From IMG/VR virus record IMGVR_UViG_3300028830_000013, positions 1 through 43,690 of that record: 43,690 bases of DNA; one strand, written 5' to 3'. Each line of letters begins with the position of its first letter. The stretch's first letter is position 1. A program made the position numbers and the translations under genes. Below, in pieces: positions 8,593 to 14,206 of the stretch. The notes under the pieces are model-generated. The model saw nothing but the letters and a program-made list of their open reading frames with translations. It was not told where the DNA came from and did no database searches. This stretch comes from a virus.

Positions 8593-8928
8593 TCAGAAGT
8601 TCCTCACGCCGCTGGGTGGGGTGGGGCGGTTGCCGGGTGGTTCCTTGAAGTCGGCCGACGGGTAGCTGTACAACTGCCCGCCGCTCCACTTGATCCACAC
8701 GAAGTCGCCTTTGATGAACCAGCAGCCGAATACCGTGTGACCTTCGGTGTTGCGACCGTAGGCCAAGCGAAGCTGCTCGCTCGACGGGCAGGTTTCTGAG
8801 GTGATGTAGATGCCGCCGCCGCCCTTGTTGGGCACCATCAATTCGATAGCGAACACTTCGCTCGAGGCCAATGCGCCGAGGAGCAGGACAGTCGCTGCGG
8901 CGCCGGCAACGCTGGCGGTCATCTTCAT
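8593..8928 (-). CDS. Small secreted protein (signal peptide, 111 aa)
   Basis: MKMTASVAGAAATVLLLGALASSEVFA looks like a signal peptide. The start overlaps the upstream stop (ATGA). This is the C-terminal part of track ORF 8593..9342. Confidence 0.6.
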   Translation of the reverse strand: MKMTASVAGAAATVLLLGALASSEVFAIELMVPNKGGGGIYITSETCPSSEQLRLAYGRNTEGHTVFGCWFIKGDFVWIKWSGGQLYSYPSADFKEPPGNRPTPPSGVRNF

Positions 8929-9158
8929 TGCGGCACCTCCAGTGCGCGGACATGCGTGATCGCGGCCGACAACTGGACGGTGTTGATGATGTTGCCAATG
9001 CGGGCCAGCTTGTCGTCGGCCGGCGCCGTGCCGCGCAACACCGCCTGGATGTCGAACAGCGCGGCGGCATTGGCGTTGTCGTCGTGCCGGGTCCAGTCGT
9101 CGTCGACGCCGCTGTTGGCGTCGCGCAGATAACCGGCGAGTTCGAGATCGGCGTTCAT
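8925..9158 (-). CDS. Hypothetical protein (77 aa)
   Basis: MNADLELAGYLRDANSG... It has ATGA overlaps at both ends. Confidence 0.5.
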   Translation of the reverse strand: MNADLELAGYLRDANSGVDDDWTRHDDNANAAALFDIQAVLRGTAPADDKLARIGNIINTVQLSAAITHVRALEVPQ

Positions 9159-9466
9159 GCCGCCCCTCCCGTTTCCGCCACCCAGCCGGTGGCGTCGGTA
9201 TGTTCGTAGACGTCTGCGATGCTGCTGTCGGCCAGTTTGGTGCCTTCGATGACGCGCAGATCGGCGCGACGACGCGCACTGCGCCAGATGGCGTCGCGCA
9301 CGCGCTGCTCGGCGGTTTTGTCGGCCGGTGGTAGTTCGGCAAGGGCTGCGGCGAGTTCGGTGATGCGATCGTGCTCGGGGTCGGGTGCGAGCCCGCAGGA
9401 GGCCCGAACGGCGATGTAGACCTGCGCTTCGTGCAGCAGGGCGATGAGTTCGGGTGCGGATTTCAT
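9155..9466 (-). CDS. Hypothetical protein (103 aa)
   Basis: Track ORF with ATGA overlaps to both the upstream and downstream genes. Confidence 0.55.
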   Translation of the reverse strand: MKSAPELIALLHEAQVYIAVRASCGLAPDPEHDRITELAAALAELPPADKTAEQRVRDAIWRSARRRADLRVIEGTKLADSSIADVYEHTDATGWVAETGGAA

Positions 9467-10248
9467 TGGGGCGCCTCGACAAACTCACCGCTCGCGTCGA
9501 GCGAATACCAAACCATCGGCTTGAGTCCGTTGTCTCCGATTTTGCTCGCACGGATGTGCACGATTGCTCCTTTGTCATCGCGATGCGTCAGCACGATGGC
9601 GCTCCCGAGTGGGGCGCGTGCCGTGCTGTCGCTGCCTAGCGCGATTGCCACGGCATACAGGAGCGCGCCATCCTCGGCGGGCAGGATCTGACTGGTTGAG
9701 TTATCCCCGGTCGTCAGGCTGGCCGAGCTGTCGCCCGTGGCACTGCTGGCCGAGCTGTCGCCCGTGGCACTGCTGGCCGATCTGTCGCCCGTGGCACTGC
9801 TGGCCGAGCTGTCGCCCGTGGCACTGCTGGCCGAGCTGTAGCCCGTGGCACTGCTGGCCGAGCTGTCGCCCGTGTCGTGAGCATCTTTTGCCGGCTCGCA
9901 CCGGGATTTGACAAACTCAAACGCCGCGGTGATCAACGCGGGGATGCCGATTTCGGCTTTAATCGCGATGCGGCTGCTGGCAATCTTCGTATCTTCGTCG
10001 TGGCGACTGAGCGCACCAGACTGCTCGACTACAGCGAACCTATTTCCGACCGGGCTGTAGTAGCTAAACACATCGAGCGGATGTTCGCAGGCGTGGAAGC
10101 CATTTCTGCAAGCCTCGACCGCCCCTGTGTGTTCATACGACTGGCCGACTGCGTACTGAAAACCGCGGCATTTCCAGTTGGCATCAAAACCTTTGTAGGC
10201 CGTGACGACCTCAGCGGCTGCCTCTTCTTGCTGCACTTGTTTGTCCAT
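9463..10248 (-). CDS. Phage protein with a conserved Cys/His N-domain and 9-aa tandem repeats (I recall the family as DUF7666-like; the name is uncertain)
   Basis: The start is at MDKQVQ (ATG 10248). The N-domain is YKGFDANWKCRGFQYAVGQSYEHTG..CRNGFHACEHPLDVFSYY, followed by roughly 5.5 SATGDSSAS-type repeats. The track ORF extends falsely through the tRNA. Confidence 0.7.
   Translation of the reverse strand: MDKQVQQEEAAAEVVTAYKGFDANWKCRGFQYAVGQSYEHTGAVEACRNGFHACEHPLDVFSYYSPVGNRFAVVEQSGALSRHDEDTKIASSRIAIKAEIGIPALITAAFEFVKSRCEPAKDAHDTGDSSASSATGYSSASSATGDSSASSATGDRSASSATGDSSASSATGDSSASLTTGDNSTSQILPAEDGALLYAVAIALGSDSTARAPLGSAIVLTHRDDKGAIVHIRASKIGDNGLKPMVWYSLDASGEFVEAPQ
9718..9875. repeat. 27-bp tandem repeat, about 5.5 units, in frame inside the CDS
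   Basis: The unit GCTGGCCGAGCTGTCGCCCGTGGCACT starts at 9718, 9745, 9772, 9799 and 9826, with a partial unit at 9853. Units differ by single-base changes. Confidence 0.9.
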
Positions 10249-10266
10249 GCGTCCCCCGTGCGTTTC

Positions 10267-10341
10267 TGGTTGCAGGGGCAGGATTCGAACCTGCGACCTG
10301 CGGGTTATGAGCCCGCCGCGCTGCCGCTGCGCCACCCTGCT
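10267..10341 (-). tRNA. tRNA-Met (anticodon CAU) with bacterial initiator (fMet) signatures
   Basis: The minus-strand sequence is AGCAGGG TG GCGC AGCGGCA GCGC G GCGGG CTCATAA CCCGC AGGTC GCAGG TTCGAAT CCTGC CCCTGCA A CCA, which folds as a cloverleaf by hand. It has GGG/CCC at the bottom of the anticodon stem, unpaired 1:72 (A x A), G2:C71, C3:G70, A73 and an encoded CCA. Confidence 0.85.
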
Positions 10342-10429
10342 GCTGTCGTTACCCACCGGTCCCTGATCCGTCCGCCTCGGTCCTGTCGCGGAGCGGGTGC
10401 CGAGGGGCGGGGGGAGAGGTGATGGGGTA

Positions 10430-10458
10430 AGTATCAGATAACTGATAGTCCGTGTCAA
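10430..10458 (-). promoter_or_regulatory. PL-like early leftward promoter
   Basis: On the minus strand: TTGACA (10458-10453), a 17-nt spacer, then GATACT (10435-10430). Two operator sites overlap it, in the same geometry as PR. Confidence 0.7.
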
Positions 10459-10470
10459 CAGAATCCTGAT
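10432..10470. promoter_or_regulatory. OL-like operators (2 sites, ATCAG-N4-CTGAT family)
   Basis: TATCAGATAACTGATA (10432-10447) and AACAGAATCCTGAT (10457-10470). Their centres are 24 bp apart, and the half-sites match the three sites between the repressor and cro. Confidence 0.7.
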
Positions 10471-10480
10471 TAATTCAGGC

Positions 10481-10506
10481 AAAATAAAACCCGCACGGGG
10501 CGGATT
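10481..10506 (-). terminator. Intrinsic terminator ending the repressor operon (tIMM-like)
   Basis: On the minus strand: AATCCGC-CCCGT-GCGGGTT followed by TTTTATTTT. It lies after the last cassette gene and just before OL/PL. Confidence 0.6.
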
Positions 10507-10573
10507 GCCCGACTACGACGAGGAGAGGATCAGATGGAGAAGATCGGGATTCGAATGACGCTGGCGAGCGGAG

Positions 10574-10867
10574 TCAGTGCGCCGTTCCAGAATCCGGCGC
10601 GGCCGTGGTTTCGACTGTCTTCCACTTGCGCAGGGTCGCGAAGAACTGATGAACCTGATTGCCGGCGATCTGGCGATATTCAGGACCACGATTCGCCAAC
10701 GAGTGAAGGCTTTGCTGCTCGATCGCAGCAATCAGGGCCAGCCAGTCGCCGTCGCTTGCTGACAGACGGGCAATGACGCTCTGGAGTATGGCCTCCTGCG
10801 CGAAGGCGCGCGCCTGCATTTCGTCGATGAACGGCTGCAACTGGGCGATGAGGTCTTCTACTTTCAT
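10574..10867 (-). CDS. Orphan helical protein (97 aa), last gene of the repressor operon
   Basis: ATG 10867 is preceded by GGAGA. The upstream in-frame extension of track ORF 10574..11089 is Arg-rich and low-complexity and was not accepted. Confidence 0.55.
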   Translation of the reverse strand: MKVEDLIAQLQPFIDEMQARAFAQEAILQSVIARLSASDGDWLALIAAIEQQSLHSLANRGPEYRQIAGNQVHQFFATLRKWKTVETTAAPDSGTAH

Positions 10868-11045
10868 GGGAGTCTCCGCGCAGAGGTAATCCACATCCGC
10901 CCGCAGCGGCCGCAGACGAAGACCTTGTCGCGCTCGGCGTTGATTGTCCGGAAGCGCCAGCGGTGGCCGGCGATGCGACAAAGCAAGGAGTTGAAAATGG
11001 ACACAGGAACGAAGCCCCGGATCATCGAGGAGGTGCTGCGCGATG

Positions 11046-11312
11046 TCAGTGTTGTGCGGGACCGGATACGGAGCGAATTTTTTCAGCATCTCGGGCTGCT
11101 TTTAGCGCAGCAAGCACGGGCTGCTCGACACTCAGCAGCCCCTGTTCGAACGGTACCAGCGCTTCGCCTCGGTCCGCTTTCTCGTGCAGCGCTTGGCATT
11201 GAGCGAGCAGCAACCCGGCTGTGGCGGGCGATAGCACGGCAAGGCCCGAGGTAAGCAGTTCAAGCGCTTCGAGCTTGCCGAGCAGATATTGAAGGGTCTC
11301 GTTGTCGCTCAT
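11046..11312 (-). CDS. Orphan helical protein (88 aa); strand assignment uncertain
   Basis: Co-oriented with the operon, but it has no clear Shine-Dalgarno. A competing plus-strand ORF (10997..11254) has an AAGGAG SD. Confidence 0.4.
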   Translation of the reverse strand: MSDNETLQYLLGKLEALELLTSGLAVLSPATAGLLLAQCQALHEKADRGEALVPFEQGLLSVEQPVLAALKAARDAEKIRSVSGPAQH

Positions 11313-11388
11313 GTCGACTGCGTCTGATCCAAGGAAGGTGCGCAGCGGTGGCCGGGGAGGAGGCAGGTCAAGCGCTTGAGGTGTGTGC

Positions 11389-11619
11389 TCAGCGCTTCAG
11401 GCACTCGGCTGCCTCGTCAGCGGCGTTTTCAGCATATTGCGCTGCGTTCTTGGCTGCTTCAGTCGCATAGCCGGCTTGATTCGCGGCATCAATCGCGTGC
11501 CGCCTTGCGTCATCGGCTAACGATTCTATTTCGGAGAGTTGCCAAGCAATGAGAGAGAGGGCGATCAGAACGGTAATCCGGTAGCAAACGAGCAAGGCGG
11601 CTTTAGCGTCGGTGTTCAT
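11389..11619 (-). CDS. Orphan small membrane-anchored protein (76 aa)
   Basis: N-terminal TM segment (ALLVCYRITVLIALSLIAW) followed by an Ala-rich helix. GC is lower than the flanks by eye. A hairpin follows the stop. Confidence 0.55.
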   Translation of the reverse strand: MNTDAKAALLVCYRITVLIALSLIAWQLSEIESLADDARRHAIDAANQAGYATEAAKNAAQYAENAADEAAECLKR

Positions 11620-11654
11620 CACGATTCAGATCTATGGAAAAGGAAGCGGCCGCT

Positions 11655-12041
11655 CTAGATCTGAGCGAGCAAAACTGATGCCGCTATGCTGATAGAAAAG
11701 CACGCAGCATTGAACGAGCTGATGCGCAAATCCGAGTAAAGAACCCTATTTGTGAAGACTTGCGACAGACGCGGCGGTTGACCTGTAGCGCGCCACGCGT
11801 TGGTGATGGACCAAGCGTCGACGAGCTTCCACATTGCGGCGACGAAAGTGAACGAAGAGGCGGCGGATGTTATTCCTGCTGCCCAAGAGATTGCTTCGTT
11901 TGTGTCGATCCTCGACCAACGGAACAAGAGCGCGCCACCTAACAACAGGACAAGGCATAGCCCGGTGAGCCGCCAGGTTTTCGCTTCGTGTGCGAGTAGA
12001 CCGGAAGAGGCGGATCCTGTTTCAGGCTGGTAATTGTTCAC
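11655..12041 (-). CDS. Orphan integral membrane protein (128 aa, about 3 TM)
   Basis: GTG start with AAGG 8 nt upstream. TM candidates are WRLTGLCLVLLLGGALLF, AISWAAGITSAASSFTFVAAMW and ISSFNAACFSISIAASVLLAQI. It lies directly downstream of the repressor, and GC is lower by eye. Confidence 0.6.
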   Translation of the reverse strand: MNNYQPETGSASSGLLAHEAKTWRLTGLCLVLLLGGALLFRWSRIDTNEAISWAAGITSAASSFTFVAAMWKLVDAWSITNAWRATGQPPRLSQVFTNRVLYSDLRISSFNAACFSISIAASVLLAQI

Positions 12042-12116
12042 GGTTATGACCTTCGGCCTAATTTCTCGGTGGATGGCGTGGTGGTACGGTCCGCGTGCGC
12101 CAGTCTGGGAAGGCGA

Positions 12117-12476
12117 TCACGCGCGCTTTTGCTTGGGCGGCGCCGCTGACTGTTTGGCCCATTCTTCTACCTTCGCCTTCACGGTTATCCGCCCCTCGAG
12201 ATCGAGAGACTCCATGATCTCTATGACGGCTGCGATGTGCTTGTCGTAGAGAGAGTCGAACGCGACGCCGCGCTTGTTGCCCTTCCCCGTCTTCAGCCAG
12301 TAGGCGTCTACTCCAAGGGCGTGAGCCATTTCTGGCAGGAATTTGGAGTTCTGCTGCCCTCTGCTCTCGAGGGCGCCTACGAATGATTGCGCGATCTTGC
12401 ATTGACGTGCCAGTTCGGCACCGGTCCAGCCCTTGGCCTCGCGCTCGGCAATGAGTCTGTCTCTTAGCGTAGTCAT
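12117..12476 (-). CDS. cI-like XRE-family HTH repressor (119 aa, no S24 peptidase domain)
   Basis: Starts at MTTLRDRL. The HTH is WTGAELARQCKIAQSFVGALESRGQ. It is divergent from the cro-like gene across a three-operator region. The track ORF 12117..12659 over-extends it. Confidence 0.8.
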   Translation of the reverse strand: MTTLRDRLIAEREAKGWTGAELARQCKIAQSFVGALESRGQQNSKFLPEMAHALGVDAYWLKTGKGNKRGVAFDSLYDKHIAAVIEIMESLDLEGRITVKAKVEEWAKQSAAPPKQKRA

Positions 12477-12541
12477 ATCAGTATTGTGATTGCTTGTGCT
12501 ATCAGACTGCTGTTGACTTGAGTAATCAGAATTCTGATAAT
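12477..12541. promoter_or_regulatory. OR-like region: three operators plus the PR promoter
   Basis: The operators are ATCAGTATTGTGAT (12477-12490), ATCAGACTGCTGTT (12501-12514) and the perfect palindrome ATCAGAATTCTGAT (12525-12538), with centres 24 bp apart. PR is TTGACT (12513-12518), 17 nt, then GATAAT (12536-12541). Confidence 0.75.
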
Positions 12542-12546
12542 CGCGC

Positions 12547-12747
12547 ATGGACTGGAAAAAACTCATTGATGAGCTGCGGCAGAGCGGGCTGACCCAGGCA
12601 AAAGTAGGGGCCTCGATCGGGAAGTCGCAAGCGTGGGTTGCGGCTGTCTGCGCCGGCAAATACGACGACCTGAAGTGGTGCGATGGTGAGGCGCTGAGGC
12701 GACTTCACGCTGAGCACTGCGACATCGCCAAGGACGAAGCCGCCTGA
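12547..12747 (+). CDS. Cro-like small HTH regulator
   Basis: 66 aa with HTH-like LTQAKVGASIGKSQAWVAAVCAG. It is the first rightward gene, divergent from the repressor. No SD is present, and the ATG lies 6 nt after the -10. Confidence 0.7.
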   Translation: MDWKKLIDELRQSGLTQAKVGASIGKSQAWVAAVCAGKYDDLKWCDGEALRRLHAEHCDIAKDEAA

Positions 12748-12818
12748 CATGCCTGCCGAAACCGCAACGCAGTGGGCTGACGCGTACCGCGAAATGCTAG
12801 GCATCCCGCGGGTGGATG

Positions 12819-13064
12819 TCAGGCGCTTTTCGGCTTCAGCAGCACTCGGTCTCGCACCGACTGCATCCCGGCGAGAAATTCGTCTGGCAGTGGCCGCGGC
12901 AAGGCTTCCGAGACTGCGCGCTCGTATTCGGCGTGGAAGCATGCCGCAGCGCTTTTCCGGTCTGGGTGCGTGATGAACAGCGCACGTACCGCCAGGCCGA
13001 GCGCGGCGACTTCGCCGATGAGCCGGTCGATGTTCGGCTCGCGATCGCTCTTCACATCGTTCAT
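12819..13064 (-). CDS. Orphan 81-aa protein, convergent with cro
   Basis: AGGAG lies 6 nt upstream of ATG 13064. GC3 is high and the protein is predicted all-helical. The plus-strand ORFs that overlap it look like shadows. Confidence 0.65.
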   Translation of the reverse strand: MNDVKSDREPNIDRLIGEVAALGLAVRALFITHPDRKSAAACFHAEYERAVSEALPRPLPDEFLAGMQSVRDRVLLKPKSA

Positions 13065-13248
13065 TGGATGCTCCTTTCTCAGGGGAAATTGAGACTAGGC
13101 ATCCCGATTTTCCCATGACAGGAGTATCCGCCCCCTCCATGCCGACCAGATCCATCCTCCTCCCTCGAATCGGGCTACTCGCAAGGTCAAGCCCGGGATC
13201 GGGTCGGCGCCCCTCTGACCTCCGCGGGCTCATCGGCCTGCGGTCTTG

Positions 13249-13283
13249 CCGCCCGGCGAACTGTGACCGCCGGGTGGTTTTTT
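13249..13283 (+). terminator. Strong intrinsic terminator upstream of the rightward delayed-early genes (tR1-like)
   Basis: CCGCCCGGCG (13249-13258) pairs with CGCCGGGTGG (13268-13277) across the 9-nt loop AACTGTGAC, followed by TTTTTT (13278-13283). The next gene's GAGG SD starts at 13284. Confidence 0.7.
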
Positions 13284-13293
13284 GAGGCTTGCG

Positions 13294-13521
13294 ATGGCGC
13301 TTGAACGCAAGGATTTGAGACTCAAGCTCGACGCCGACACGCACGCCGGCTTGAGCCTGATCGCCGATGTGACCGATCGCGACATGGCCGACATCGTCGA
13401 GCAACTCGTCAATGAGTACGTGAAGCGGCGCATCCATGAGGCGAGTCTGATCGCCGATCGGGCGCGCCGCTTGGGCATTGCCGGGAACGGCGGGGAGTCC
13501 GTGGGGAAGATCGGGGAGTGA
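13294..13521 (+). CDS. Ribbon-helix-helix (CopG/Arc-like) protein
   Basis: KDLRLKLDADTHAGLSLIADVTDRDMADIVEQLVNEYVKRR fits a beta-strand plus two-helix RHH pattern. GAGG lies 6 nt upstream of the ATG. Confidence 0.55.
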   Translation: MALERKDLRLKLDADTHAGLSLIADVTDRDMADIVEQLVNEYVKRRIHEASLIADRARRLGIAGNGGESVGKIGE

Positions 13522-13527
13522 CCGGGA

Positions 13528-13737
13528 ATGAGCGAGCCCCACACCTTCACGCCGGCCGCGGAGATCTACGCGGATTCGCTGCGCCGGATACGCACGGAGT
13601 TTCGGCGCTCGGAGGTGATCTGGATGAGCAAGAACCTCGATCGGGATACGACCTTGAAGGCCGTCGAGCGCTATGCCAAAGGCGGGGCGAAGGACGGAAA
13701 CGAACTCATGGAATTTGCGAAGGTGATGACATCATGA
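13528..13737 (+). CDS. Hypothetical protein (69 aa)
   Basis: Track ORF. Its stop overlaps the next start (ATGA). Confidence 0.5.
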   Translation: MSEPHTFTPAAEIYADSLRRIRTEFRRSEVIWMSKNLDRDTTLKAVERYAKGGAKDGNELMEFAKVMTS

Positions 13738-13913
13738 AATGGCTATTGGTGATCTGGTTCGCGTCGGGCGCTGTCGCGACACGCGAGATGCCGGATCGGG
13801 ATCAATGCGAGATCGCGCGCTCGATCGTCGTCAAGCGGATCGACATCATGATCTGGATGAATCCTGAGCATCGAACAGCGCAGGTCGCATACTCGGCGTG
13901 CGTGCCGCGATGA
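13734..13913 (+). CDS. Small protein with hydrophobic N-terminus (59 aa)
   Basis: MKWLLVIWFASGAVATRE... It has ATGA overlaps at both ends. Confidence 0.45.
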   Translation: MKWLLVIWFASGAVATREMPDRDQCEIARSIVVKRIDIMIWMNPEHRTAQVAYSACVPR

Positions 13914-14206
13914 GTCACGCCGTCATGACCGTCGAGCAGGTGCGGGCGCATCAGCAGCGCATTGGCCGGCGTTCGCCCCCGAATCTGATTTCCATGGTCG
14001 GCCGAAAATTCGGGAACTATGAACCTGGCAATTGCCGCTGGGCAACCATGCCGGAGCAGCAACGTAATAGGCGTAGCACGATTCTCGTTGAGCGCAACGG
14101 TGTAACGAAATGCGTGAAGGACTGGTGCGAGGAACTCGGCCTCAACGTTGATCGCATCTATGGGCGCATTCGTCGCGGCGAATCACCAGACGAGGCGCTC
14201 CGATGA
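13910..14206 (+). CDS. HNH_3-like endonuclease remnant / DNA-binding protein (98 aa)
   Basis: GNCRWATMPEQQRNRR resembles the C-terminal HNH_3 motif, followed by the HTH-like VTKCVKDWCEELGLNVDRIYGRIRRGESPDEAL. The N-terminal catalytic part appears to be missing. Confidence 0.4.
   Translation: MSHAVMTVEQVRAHQQRIGRRSPPNLISMVGRKFGNYEPGNCRWATMPEQQRNRRSTILVERNGVTKCVKDWCEELGLNVDRIYGRIRRGESPDEALR

Noticed and set aside
8387-9578. The long track ORFs 8387..9070, 8593..9342 and 8925..9578.
   Set aside because: They are composites. Only their 3' portions (with ATGA-coupled starts, an SD or a signal peptide) look coding. The N-terminal parts are Arg/Pro-rich shadow sequence.
9718-9875. Possible CRISPR array.
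   Set aside because: The units are contiguous with no spacers, lie in frame within a CDS, and no cas genes are present.
9564-9911. A plus-strand ORF with CRPWHCWPS repeats, and two minus-strand repeat ORFs at 9701-9920.
   Set aside because: These are alternative-frame readings of the same 27-bp tandem repeat. The frame that continues into conserved N- and C-domains is the 9463-10248 gene.
10267-10341. The alternative reading of the CAU tRNA as tRNA-Ile2 (lysidine) or elongator Met.
   Set aside because: The 1:72 mismatch, the GGG/CCC anticodon stem and the close resemblance to E. coli tRNA-fMet favour an initiator. This still needs a covariance-model check.
9463-10482. The 339-aa track ORF extending upstream of MDKQ.
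   Set aside because: The extra 78 codons read straight through the tRNA-Met gene (10267-10341) and its leader. The true start is ATG 10248.
10574-11089. The 171-aa version of the last cassette gene.
   Set aside because: The N-terminal 74 aa are Arg/Pro/Leu-rich and low-complexity and overlap the upstream gene. The internal ATG 10867 has a GGAGA SD.
11626-11664. A BglII/NotI/XbaI/BglII site cluster as evidence of an engineered linker or cloning scar.
   Set aside because: No vector, marker or transposon-end sequence lies nearby, the spacing does not match the standard prefix I know, and it forms a natural-looking hairpin.
12526-13542. A 338-aa minus-strand ORF spanning cro, the 81-aa gene and the RHH gene.
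   Set aside because: It has Arg/Pro-rich shadow-ORF composition and crosses the operator region and a terminator. It is incompatible with the well-supported small genes.
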